Of a stretch of 64,000 nt of DNA, positions 22,805 to 32,029 are shown piece after piece. The stretch comes from a plasmid: the sequence record NZ_CP028351.1; one strand, 5' to 3'. A model generated the notes under the pieces. It made no database searches and was not told the DNA's origin. It worked only from the letters and a program-made list of their open reading frames with translations. The position numbers were made by a program, and so were the translations under genes. Positions within the stretch are counted from its first letter, which is position 1, and the number at the start of each line of letters is the position of its first letter.

Positions 22805-23237
22805 ATGTCAGACGATACCGGTTCCACTCATCTTGCACTGGTACGCGATTCAGTAAAGAGCGTGGATTTTTATCGCCGTTATGCCGGATGCGGGTAATAC
22901 ATCGGCGAGAACCGGGCGTTGCGGACGCGCAGAAAATCGCATGGCTGTCAGAACTGACCGGACCTTTTGCTCTGGTGCTGGTGCAATCAGATAACAGTAA
23001 CAGTACGCCGCTGGGGCCTTTTGGTCGTATTGGCTTAGCCTGCGGCCGTCGCGAAGAGATAGATGAACAGGTGGCAATTTCGCGTCGCGAAGGGGTATTA
23101 CGCAGCAGTCTGAAATAACCGTTAGTTACCGGGCATTCTTTGGCGATCCTGATGGTAATACGCCCGAACTTTCATTTGGCCAGCAGAACGGGTTGGAAAT
23201 CATCATCGCACGTGTTTCCCGGTCTGTTGTAAATTGA
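22805..23237 (+). pseudogene. VOC (glyoxalase/bleomycin-resistance/dioxygenase) family protein with two frameshifts
   Basis: ATG at 22805 behind GGGAG. Frame 1: MSDDTGSTHLALVRDSVKSVDFYRRYAGCG*. Frame 2 is ORF 22888..23118 (...GPFALVLVQSDNS...GRIGLACGRREEIDEQV...). Frame 3: ...YRAFFGDPDGNTPELSF... to the stop at 23235-23237. Together they rebuild a ~144-aa VOC fold. Confidence 0.5.
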
Positions 23238-23411
23238 TAAAACGGCTAAGGTAAGTGAATGAAACCTTTTATCTGCAACGAAATTGCGCAGAGCATTTCG
23301 GAAATTACATTCAGGTTAGTGTCTGTGCATGATTGTGTATAAAGATGGATAAGCATCGTATGTACAGGCAGGGGAAGTATGAAGTTAGTGTTTTTCGTCT
23401 GTTGCTGATAA

Positions 23412-23439
23412 AGAACCGCCTGAGCAACGTCAGGCGGTT
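23412..23439 (-). terminator. Hairpin downstream of the H-NS paralog 2 stop
   Basis: GAACCGCCTGA / TCAGGCGGTTC perfect 11-bp stem with a 6-nt loop, followed on the minus strand by TTTATCAGC. Confidence 0.4.
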
Positions 23440-23458
23440 CTCATCGAGACATCCTGAA

Positions 23459-23860
23459 TTAGATCAGAAAATCGTCCAGCGATTTACCTGCATCGATGGC
23501 TGATTTAATCGCCGAAGGGGTACGGCCCTGACCTGTCCACTGCTTAACGTCACCATTCTCGTCGGTATACTGATATTTAGCCGGACGAGGGGCACGTTTT
23601 TTCTTCTCAGCGGGAGTAGTCGGCATACCATTTAACAGTTCGTTAGGGTCGATACCTTCCTGCAGCAGTAATTCACGGTATTTTGCCAGCTTCTCAGCTT
23701 TTTCACGATTAGCCGCTTCAGAAGCCTGAGCTTCTTCACGTCGCTCACTGACCACAACCGACAGTTTTTCCAGCATTTCTTCCAGGGCAGCAAGGTCAAG
23801 CTCGCGAGCATTTGCGCGGAGGGTACGGATATTATTCAAGCTGTTGAGAGTGTCACTCAT
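23459..23860 (-). CDS. H-NS family nucleoid-associated protein (paralog 2)
   Basis: 133 aa from [20 protein letters not shown]-terminus ...[27 protein letters not shown]. About 60% identical to paralog 1. Confidence 0.85.
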   Translation of the reverse strand: MSDTLNSLNNIRTLRANARELDLAALEEMLEKLSVVVSERREEAQASEAANREKAEKLAKYRELLLQEGIDPNELLNGMPTTPAEKKKRAPRPAKYQYTDENGDVKQWTGQGRTPSAIKSAIDAGKSLDDFLI

Positions 23861-25074
23861 CAAAGTCACCATAGTCATGTTCAGATAATAAAAATACAGA
23901 GCGGATTCACGCTGATGCTTTTCGTCGGACCTGCTTTTTTTAAAATGCTTGCCTTCGAAGAATCATAATACAGAACCAATAGTTCAACCTTAACATATTA
24001 ATCTGTTTCTGAGAGAGTTGAAACTCTATTTAACGCATGCTGGTTAAACAAAAGTAAATTTACGCCATTTTTTTACTCACTTCACTCAAAATGGCTAAAA
24101 CCCGTATTACCTGAGACGTGGGGTGTAATTTAGCAGGGTTATGGATTAATCGTGCTGGTTTTTGTGCAGTGGCAGCGGAGTCGCTTCGCTATTCGCATGG
24201 TTGTCCTGAGAAAGAGGATAACGTCAGCTGCAAAGCTCACACGCAGCTACTGCTCAGAGCAATGATGCTGTGCGTAATTTCGCTGTAAAAATCCTGCTAT
24301 GAATTATTTCGCTAATTTATTGTCAAAAAAGCTGATTCAGCATCATAGTGGTAAGTTCATGATAATATTTTAATTTATTTATACCTCCCTGTTTTTTTCA
24401 GGAACGTAACATAACGCATAGCAGTGCTGCGAAATTGTCTGCCGATTGGTTTAAATATGCGTGAAAAATGCCGTGCACTCACACAGATGGATACGGGTTA
24501 AGCAGAATCATCGCCTGCCTGCTGCCATTAAAATGATTATTTACGGTAATAATTACCCTTTGTTCATTCAGCGTCTGCAGCTAATAAGCCCACGACAGGC
24601 TGTGGATTCAAGCCTGAATGCCATTTTTCTCCAGGATTATTGCTTAAGTCTCATTAAATCAAGCATTTATTTGCACAATCCCCGCCAGTTTGATAAGTGG
24701 TTTGACAACCTCTTCTTTTTTCAAGTCCACCACGTAACGTATAGATGAACAGAGTAATCAATAACCGGCCTGACCAGTGCGGGTATGAACTGCGCTGGAC
24801 TGTTGCCTGGTGTAATTAACCCTGTGGATTTTCACTTATGCAGGGTTCATTCTGAGGTTGCAGAGCAACGCAAGTTTAAATAGTTGCTAATGATAAATTT
24901 GCACTGTAAATCCGTTCTGGGGTTGGGCGGGTAAGGACAGGCATCCGCATTACCTGATCTGAACACCATGCACGTAGCTATCGCAGAGATGGGGAGGAAT
25001 TACCGCAGGCTGAGCTACACTTAACGACTGATGCGTTAACGTCAGCGCGATGATTACTTCTGCAGAGGTCTGAA

Positions 25075-25260
25075 GTGTTTAAAGGTATTAAAAAGTCATT
25101 ACCGGTTCGTTACTGTAAAACCTGTAACAAACCGATGTCATGGCGTAAAAAGTGGGAGAAGTGCTGGAATGAGGTTTTGTATTGCTCAGAGCGTTGCCGG
25201 CGTCAGCGTTCTGCGCAACATAAAGATGATGCAGAAATAAACGTTGAGCGGAACAAGTAA
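25075..25260 (+). CDS. DUF2256-family small zinc-ribbon protein
   Basis: GTG start at 25075 behind GAGG. Reads KTCNKPMSWRKKWEKCWNEVLYCSERCRRQR, the C-x2-C ... WRKKWEKNW...YCS.RCR signature as recalled. Confidence 0.55.
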   Translation: MFKGIKKSLPVRYCKTCNKPMSWRKKWEKCWNEVLYCSERCRRQRSAQHKDDAEINVERNK

Positions 25261-25304
25261 AACTCACAGGAAAAGGCCAGGTTTTGACCTGACCTCACAG
25301 ACCG

Positions 25305-25610
25305 CTATTGCTGAACCTCAATCTGTTGCCAGCCTTTTTTAAACATACAGTCTTTCACCAGTATCTCGCGCTGACTTTCATTGGCGTCACTGGTTGAGTA
25401 GTCGGTATCGGTCGTTTTATATTTACTGTCTTTCGAGGTGTATTTACCGCTGACGATATTATCAGGCGGTAAATCCCGCAGCGCCTGAGCCTGACAGGCT
25501 GTTTCCGCTACGGTTTCCTGCTGTTCAGATGCATTGGGTTTGACCCATTTGTATTGCACGCATCCGGTCAGACAAAGAGTGAACAACATCAGTATTAGAG
25601 GTTTCATCAT
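25305..25610 (-). CDS. Lipoprotein of unknown function (about 100 aa)
   Basis: Signal peptide plus lipobox MMKPLILMLFTLCLTGC. The ORF track extends it 37 aa upstream to an ATG that overlaps the yfaZ stop (TAATG at 25719-25723). That extension would bury the signal peptide. Confidence 0.5.
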   Translation of the reverse strand: MMKPLILMLFTLCLTGCVQYKWVKPNASEQQETVAETACQAQALRDLPPDNIVSGKYTSKDSKYKTTDTDYSTSDANESQREILVKDCMFKKGWQQIEVQQ

Positions 25611-25720
25611 CTGTTTCTCAGCGATACCCGCCAGCATTGAGGCAAGTTGTTCAGTAAGGAAGCCAGTCTGATTATCTGAATAGGCTTCCTCATCAGCCAA
25701 AAAGAAATTTTTATCTGACA

Positions 25721-26263
25721 TTAAAATGTCAGACCGCCACCGATGTAGGGACCATCGATCAGCGTATGACCCGGACGTCCATCTTTACCGTCGACACCCG
25801 CGTAACGGTAGCCCACTTTTAAAACCAGCGGACCCAGAGGTGACCAGCTGACGCCGGCGTTTGCTTCCACAAAATTCTTAACGCTGTTGGTCAGCTGTTC
25901 CGGCGCGGAATACCCTTCACCATAAATCGCAAAATCGGCAGGCAGATTGAGTTTCACACCGCCGCCGACAGGAAATGCGACGCCGTTATCCCCTTTTTTG
26001 CCACCGATGTAAGTCGCTTTCACGCCAGCGGTCAGCATCACCGGACCGATTTCCAGGTTATAACCGGTACCCGCCTGACCAATCTGCACACCATCTGCCG
26101 TATTTTTGATCCACTGGCTGTCCAGATAGAGTCCGCCGGATGAACGGCCAATTTCAGCATCCAGTGCAGAGGTGTTTTTACCTTGTTCAGCATTCAGGCC
26201 AATGGCCATTGCAGATGAAGAGATACACAGCAGTAAGCCAAGGCTAATTAAGGAAATTTTCAT
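25721..26263 (-). CDS. yfaZ: YfaZ-family outer-membrane protein
   Basis: 180 aa. Signal peptide MKISLISLGLLLCISSSAMA and a Gly/Tyr-rich beta-barrel-like body ending in F, resembling E. coli YfaZ. Confidence 0.75.
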   Translation of the reverse strand: MKISLISLGLLLCISSSAMAIGLNAEQGKNTSALDAEIGRSSGGLYLDSQWIKNTADGVQIGQAGTGYNLEIGPVMLTAGVKATYIGGKKGDNGVAFPVGGGVKLNLPADFAIYGEGYSAPEQLTNSVKNFVEANAGVSWSPLGPLVLKVGYRYAGVDGKDGRPGHTLIDGPYIGGGLTF

Positions 26264-26326
26264 TGCTTATTTCTTCCACATCAGGAGATTTTCAGGAAAT
26301 TAATCAGGATCGTTGCTTAAAAGGAT

Positions 26327-26563
26327 TTACTTTTGCACCATTTCTTTAACATCGCGCTGCTGCAACTGATGTATGTTTCCGTCTGCATCTTTATAGGAGA
26401 GCATGCCGGTTTCTTTATCTCTGACGGGTTTACCCTGCGTCGTTATCATGTGGCCGTCATTGGTCGAGATGATATAATTGCCAGAGCAGGCGGAAATGGA
26501 CATAACTGCAGCCATCATCACGAAAGCATTGGCGAATTTTCTGCCATGTTTGAAAGAGGTCAT
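26327..26563 (-). CDS. ygdI: YgdI/YgdR-family (DUF903) lipoprotein
   Basis: 78 aa from MTSFKHGRKF. Lipobox ISAC. Body NYIISTNDGHMITTQGKPVRDKETGMLSYKDADGNIHQLQQRDVKEMV matches recalled E. coli YgdI almost motif for motif. Confidence 0.8.
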   Translation of the reverse strand: MTSFKHGRKFANAFVMMAAVMSISACSGNYIISTNDGHMITTQGKPVRDKETGMLSYKDADGNIHQLQQRDVKEMVQK

Positions 26564-26940
26564 TTTACTTTCCAGTCGTTGTTCTTTAAGAAGATGCGGC
26601 ATTATTAGCTGTGTTTGTTAAACGATATGATAACAATCAGGGAGTCCCGCGCCGAATGCGTAAAAAAATGATCTGGATCATTTTCACAGGATACTCAGGG
26701 GATTGTTAAAATTTTTCTCGTTATTTGAAAGGTTAAGGCATTAAAAAGCTGCGCTGCAATGCTGGATTTTTAATGATGCCATTTCCGCTGAAGTTATTGA
26801 GATTTAAACCGCAATTTAACAACGACTCCCTGATGACGTGATAATTTCATGTTTCAAATTATATGTTGTGGCTTTGGATCGCTTCGCTATAGTAAACCGG
26901 CAATATCACTCTGATTAGTCTGTTTTAACAAGGATTTAAT

Positions 26941-27366
26941 ATGGCTATGAAAAAAGCAGTTGTTGCTTTATTGTTTATCACGTCACCATTAACAGTATTT
27001 GCTGCAACTGATTCCTGCAAAGATCAGCTGGCAGATATTTCAGCAAAAACTGAGGTGGCCAAAAGCCGGGGGAATAGCGCTGAATCAGCACGACTCGATA
27101 TTGCCCGCGACAAAATTGAGACCTATTGCACTGATGAACGTCAGGCAACGCGTGCCTCTCATGAGGTCAGTAAACGCGAGATGAAGGTCAAAAAGGCAGA
27201 ACTTGAACTTCAGAAAGCTCAGCAGGAGCTGGCTGAAGCCGAAGCGGATGGCCGCAGCGATAAGATCAGGAAAAAAACTACAAGGGTAGACGAGAAGAAG
27301 CTGAAGCTTGAATCTGAAAAAATGGAGTTAAAAGAAGCTGAGGCTGATGCTCAGAGACTGAACTAA
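26941..27366 (+). CDS. DUF1090 (YqjC-like) periplasmic protein
   Basis: Signal peptide, two Cys (CKDQL...YCT) and a coiled-coil K/E-rich C-terminus as in YqjC. Confidence 0.65.
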   Translation: MAMKKAVVALLFITSPLTVFAATDSCKDQLADISAKTEVAKSRGNSAESARLDIARDKIETYCTDERQATRASHEVSKREMKVKKAELELQKAQQELAEAEADGRSDKIRKKTTRVDEKKLKLESEKMELKEAEADAQRLN

Positions 27367-27627
27367 GATCCGTTAATTCTCAGGCTTACACTGTGAGCCT
27401 GAGAAAATTGCATTCATCGCTGCCTGTATTACTGGCAGGCGCTTACAACCACGTTGTTGATAAGCGTCGCAATGCGATACATGGCGATTAACTCTTTAAT
27501 ATTCTGCTTATGCAGGCAGGTCCTGACGCCATTAACGGCTTCGGTTACCTGTACCTTTGGGTGGAAAGGTTATGAAAAACTGATTAGGTGGTGTACTGCA
27601 GTTGCTTTACACCGCCGTCCATGAGGC

Positions 27628-27654
27628 ATAAAAAAACCACTCAAAAGAGTGGTT
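27628..27654 (-). terminator. Rho-independent terminator on the minus strand with no annotated gene upstream
   Basis: Minus strand reads AACCACTC-TTTT-GAGTGGTT then TTTTTTTAT. The plus strand has no U-tract after the hairpin. Confidence 0.45.
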
Positions 27655-28027
27655 ATAAGTAGTACAAAATACTTCATGAGCAAAGCTGCGATACAGAATA
27701 AATTAATACTGGGACATATCTATGCCAGCAAAGGATAGCCGCTAATATGCAGGCGGGCTAAGTAATTTGTGCGGAAGGATGAATGGATTAATTATAGACA
27801 TTGTCATATTGCATAAGGTGTTAATTACAGCGAGTTCGTTAAAAGGTTTTTTGATGGCTATTTTTTGAAAGCAACATTAATTTAACTTTGGTTGCTACTT
27901 TGATAGTTTTATAGTGTGCTCACATTACTGGTGATATTTTCAAAACACGTGCAGACAATAAAGCTTCTTAAGATCCCGTTAAGATCTGCGATGTAAATTA
28001 CCCTGGAAATTTAACGGAGATAAAAAT

Positions 28028-28408
28028 ATGAAAAAGATTATATTAGCGGTGTTATTAGCAGGTATGAGTCTGGGTGTTTCTGCGCAGGAAGGATTTATTA
28101 ATCCGGCAGGGCAGGGTTCTTCACAGGGTGGTTTTAAAGGCCCGACACCGGGTGTTGTTTCAGTCGCCCAGGCTAAAACACTGCGGGATGATGCATGGGT
28201 TGTTCTGGAAGGCAATATCATCAGACAGGTTGGGCATGAGCTTTACGAATTTAAAGATAGTACCGGAACAATTTATGTCGATATCGACGATAAGCGCTGG
28301 ATGGGACAATCATTGTCACCCGCTGACAAAGTGCGCATTGAAGGCGAAGTCGACAAAGACTGGAACAGCGTTGAAATTGATGTGAAAACTGTTCGTGTCA
28401 TGAAGTAA
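28028..28408 (+). CDS. ygiW: YgiW/YdeI-family (BOF, OB-fold) periplasmic stress-tolerance protein
   Basis: 126 aa. Signal peptide and LRDDAWVVLEGNII...GTIYVDIDDKRW...EGEVDKDWNSVEIDVKTVR, nearly colinear with recalled E. coli YgiW. Confidence 0.85.
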   Translation: MKKIILAVLLAGMSLGVSAQEGFINPAGQGSSQGGFKGPTPGVVSVAQAKTLRDDAWVVLEGNIIRQVGHELYEFKDSTGTIYVDIDDKRWMGQSLSPADKVRIEGEVDKDWNSVEIDVKTVRVMK

Positions 28409-28430
28409 CCTGTATTTACCACTGATATGG

Positions 28431-28462
28431 CAGTGACCTGAAGCCGGGTCACTGTCTTTTCT
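28431..28462 (+). terminator. Rho-independent terminator of ygiW
   Basis: CAGTGACC / GGTCACTG stem, loop TGAAGCCG, then TCTTTTCT. Confidence 0.5.
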
Positions 28463-29074
28463 ATAATGCACATTCCCAGGCGGATATTCTAAGGTAAGCG
28501 ATAAATATCTACGGAACCTGCCCGGCAAGATAGCGATGACAAAATCTTCAAGGCTTAACACCGGATTAGACAGTGGATTCACGGCTTAAAAAAGCTGGTG
28601 CAGAGTCAGTTCTGGAAAAATTATATATTAGTTACAACACACTTCTATGCTGTCAGCTGAATCGCCGATTTTCCTGTGAAGTATGCGCGTTTTAGTCAAA
28701 ACTAACCGAGCTGTTCTGAAAATTCGAGTGCTCATTGGCAAGCTGCCCCGCACGGCCCAAAGGGCCGTAATTGTTGTTTTAGCTTAATTGAATGATGTAA
28801 CTAAAAAGCTATTCTGTTACGGGCTTTATAAACACCAAAACAGAATGACATCCCTTCTGCTGACCAGCTCGCTTTTCGTCTGAGCTCGTATCGAATGAAC
28901 ACACCGGCAGGCGAGGCGTCAGATGGTGAAAATATTGCTCTCACCCGGGTACAAGACAAAGACGGACTTCTGAACCCTCTCCGGTAATCCACGAGTTAAC
29001 TGCCTGTTGAGCTGTTGTTGACAATAACAGCGGTTTTCACCTGCCTGTGCGATCCCAGATCAAAAACCGAAACG

Positions 29075-29097
29075 CTTATCATTTATAAAATGATAGC
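29075..29097. promoter_or_regulatory. Fur-box-like palindrome upstream of feoA
   Basis: CTTATCATTTATAAAATGATAGC is a near-palindromic AT-rich hexamer array (TTATCA / AAATGA) resembling the Fur consensus GATAATGATAATCATTATC, 25 bp before the feoA start. Confidence 0.45.
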
Positions 29098-29122
29098 TTC
29101 TTTATCAGAGGCAGAGCGTCGT

Positions 29123-29347
29123 ATGGCAATTAACATGGGTAGCACTTACCGGATTCTTGGTTATCAGCCATCGGTAAATTCCGCCTGGCGGCAGAAATTA
29201 CTGACAATGGGCATGCTGCCTGGGGCAGTGGTGGAGGTTATTCGCGTGGCACCTATGGGCGATCCGGTTCAGATTCGTACCCGCCGTGTCAGCCTGGCGG
29301 TGCGACAGCGTGATCTGGCCGACATCATTCTGGAGGAGATCGTCTGA
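29123..29347 (+). CDS. feoA: Ferrous iron transport protein FeoA
   Basis: 74 aa from MAINMGSTYRILGY...AWRQKLLTMGMLPGAVVEVIRVAPMGDPVQIRTRRVSLAVRQRDLADI. Colinear with E. coli FeoA. Its stop overlaps the feoB ATG (ATGA). Confidence 0.8.
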   Translation: MAINMGSTYRILGYQPSVNSAWRQKLLTMGMLPGAVVEVIRVAPMGDPVQIRTRRVSLAVRQRDLADIILEEIV

Positions 29348-31674
29348 TGAAAAAGATCACCATCGGGTTGATAGGCAATCCCAACACCGGCAAAACCACG
29401 CTGTTTAATCAGCTGACCGGTGCCCGCCAGCGGGTCGGTAACTGGGCTGGTGTCACGGTTGAACGTAAAGAGGGCCAGTTCTTTACTGCACAGTCTGACG
29501 TCCGGCTCATCGACCTGCCTGGCACTCGCTCTCTGACTACGCTATCCGCTGAAAGCTCGATTGATGAGAGCATCGCCTGTCAGTATCTCTATCAGGATCA
29601 CGCCGATGTGGTGATTAACGTCGTCGATGCCTCCAGTCTGGAAAGTAATCTGTTCCTGACCTTTCAGCTGCTTGAGCTCGGCGTACCCTGTATTATCGTC
29701 CTGAACATGCAGGATATTGCCGCAAGCCAGAACATCACTATTGATGCCGCAGCGCTGTCAGCCCGCCTGGGATGTCCGGTGGTTTCACTGACCTCAACCA
29801 AAGGCGACGGTATCGCTCAGCTAAAAGCACTGATTGACCAGCCGCATATTTATCGCGCTCCGGAAAGGGTGCAATATCCGGCCGCGATTGAAACTGCGAT
29901 TGAGCAGCTCAGCCTGCAGATGTCCGCGACGCTGGCTCCGCAGAAAAGATACTGGCTGGCATTGCAGTTGCTTGAAGGCGATATCAACAGCCAGAAACTT
30001 TGCCCGGAACTGCTTCCATCCCTGCCTGAGATTATGCAGCGGGCGGGCGGCGATACGGGTGTACAGATTGCCGATTATCGCTATCGTGCCATTAACGCGG
30101 TCTGCGCAGCCGTCAGTAACATTCATCAGGCCATCCCGGCCAGTCTTACCCGCCAGATTGATAACATTGTGCTGGACCGCTGGCTGGGCATTCCGATATT
30201 TCTGGCAGTGATGTATGTAATGTTTGTGCTCTCAATTAACATCGGAGCCGCACTTCAGCCACTGTTCGACGGCAGTTCGGTGGCGATATTCATTCATGGC
30301 GCACAATGGCTGGGATATGTCTGTCACTTCCCGGCCTGGCTGACGGTGTTTCTGGCGCAGGGTCTCGGCGCCGGCATCAATACCGTGCTGCCAATCATTC
30401 CACAGATTGGCCTGATGTTCCTGTTCCTCTCTTTCCTTGAGGATTCAGGTTATATGGCGCGCGCCGCCTTTGTGATGGATCGGCTGATGCAGTCACTGGG
30501 CCTGCCGGGAAAATCTTTTGTGCCGCTGATTGTCGGCTTTGGCTGTAATGTGCCGGCGGTGATGGGTACAAGGACGCTGGACACGCCGCGTGAGCGTCTG
30601 CTTACAGTACTGATTGCGCCCTTTATGTCCTGCGGCGCGCGGCTGGCAATCTTCGCGGTGTTCGCTGCGGCATTCTTCGATGCTCACAGTTCCAGCCTGG
30701 TATTCTCCCTCTATCTGCTGGGCATTGTAGTGGCGATTGCGACCGGACTGGTGCTCAAACATACCCTGCTGGGTGGCGAAGCTTCGTCTTTTATCATGGA
30801 GTTGCCGGTCTATCACCGGCCTCATCTTAAAAGCCTGCTGCTGCAGACCTGGCAACGGCTGAAAATGTTTGTAGTGCGTGCCGGTCAGGTCATCATCCTG
30901 GTAAGTATGCTGATTGGTGTGCTGAGCAGCTTTGCATTCAATGGCCAGCTGGTTGATGACATAAACCACTCAGCGCTGGCGGCGACCAGTAAAGCCATCA
31001 CGCCTGTGCTTCTGCCAATCGGAGTGACGCAGGATAACTGGCAGGCGACAGTGGGGCTGGTGAGCGGCATTATGGCAAAAGAGGTCGTGGTCGGTACGCT
31101 TAACAGCCTTTACACCACGGAGGCGATTCAGAGCAGCGTATTTGATCCGCAGGCTTTTAACCTGGCGGACGAATTGAAAGAGGCGCTGACAGAGACTTGG
31201 GCGGGCCTGACGGCTGCATTCAGAATTGATGCGCTGGCCCATCCCATCGATGCCAGTAAAGGCGATGGTGAGATGGCATCCGGTTCGATGGGCGTGATGT
31301 CAGCCAAGTTTGGCAGCGGCTTTGCCGCTTACAGCTACTTAATCTTTGTCCTGCTCTACGTTCCCTGTGTCTCAGTCATGGGTGCGATCGCGCGAGAGGC
31401 CGGGAAAAAATGGATGATGTTCTCATTCTTATGGGGGCTTAATATCGCCTATACCATGGCGACACTCTTTTATCAGACCGTCACGTTTAACGAGCATCCT
31501 GCATTCAGTGCAGTCTGCCTGATAAGTGTGCTGGTGCTGAATGGAATCATCCTGCTGACACTGCGTAAAGCGGGAAACAGGGTGCAGGCAATACCGGTTA
31601 TGCTCACAGAGGAAAATAGGGGTTGTCGCGGCTGCCACGGAAGCTGTGATAAACAGAAAGGCTTCGCGCAGTAA
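29347..31674 (+). CDS. feoB: Fe(2+) transporter permease FeoB
   Basis: 775 aa. N-terminal G-domain (GNPNTGKTTLFNQLTG, DLPG) and a polytopic membrane domain. Same length class as E. coli FeoB. Confidence 0.95.
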   Translation: MKKITIGLIGNPNTGKTTLFNQLTGARQRVGNWAGVTVERKEGQFFTAQSDVRLIDLPGTRSLTTLSAESSIDESIACQYLYQDHADVVINVVDASSLESNLFLTFQLLELGVPCIIVLNMQDIAASQNITIDAAALSARLGCPVVSLTSTKGDGIAQLKALIDQPHIYRAPERVQYPAAIETAIEQLSLQMSATLAPQKRYWLALQLLEGDINSQKLCPELLPSLPEIMQRAGGDTGVQIADYRYRAINAVCAAVSNIHQAIPASLTRQIDNIVLDRWLGIPIFLAVMYVMFVLSINIGAALQPLFDGSSVAIFIHGAQWLGYVCHFPAWLTVFLAQGLGAGINTVLPIIPQIGLMFLFLSFLEDSGYMARAAFVMDRLMQSLGLPGKSFVPLIVGFGCNVPAVMGTRTLDTPRERLLTVLIAPFMSCGARLAIFAVFAAAFFDAHSSSLVFSLYLLGIVVAIATGLVLKHTLLGGEASSFIMELPVYHRPHLKSLLLQTWQRLKMFVVRAGQVIILVSMLIGVLSSFAFNGQLVDDINHSALAATSKAITPVLLPIGVTQDNWQATVGLVSGIMAKEVVVGTLNSLYTTEAIQSSVFDPQAFNLADELKEALTETWAGLTAAFRIDALAHPIDASKGDGEMASGSMGVMSAKFGSGFAAYSYLIFVLLYVPCVSVMGAIAREAGKKWMMFSFLWGLNIAYTMATLFYQTVTFNEHPAFSAVCLISVLVLNGIILLTLRKAGNRVQAIPVMLTEENRGCRGCHGSCDKQKGFAQ

Positions 31675-32029
31675 CGATAAGCACCGATGCTATCCGTTGC
31701 GATGCTGATTTATCAGCGACGCTGCGGATAGTTACGCGATCGTCCTGTAACTGACAGTGATCGATCAGAAACATCAGTGAAGGGTGTTGGTTAATCTCGC
31801 CTGGCACACCGCGCGTTTCGGCCATTCCTTTTAAACTGGCAGCGGCTGCCACAGAGACAGATTCGCAGCAGGTGGTATGGCAGCACCAAGAAAGCAATGA
31901 AATCAGCCACCTGAACCCGGCACAGACTTACAGCAGCGATAATCCGTACCGGCTTACACACAGGCTGTCCACTTTTTCTGTGGATAACTCTGGCCTGAAA
32001 ACCGACAAAAATCGCGCTTTATGAAGCCA

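Noticed and set aside
24461-24748. 95-aa plus-strand ORF in the AT-rich leader upstream of the second H-NS paralog
   Set aside because: Low-complexity AT-rich translation with no RBS and no recognisable domain. More likely non-coding regulatory DNA.
31604-31897. 97-aa minus-strand ORF downstream of feoB
   Set aside because: Cys/Ser-rich low-complexity translation antisense to the probable feoC remnant, with no RBS.
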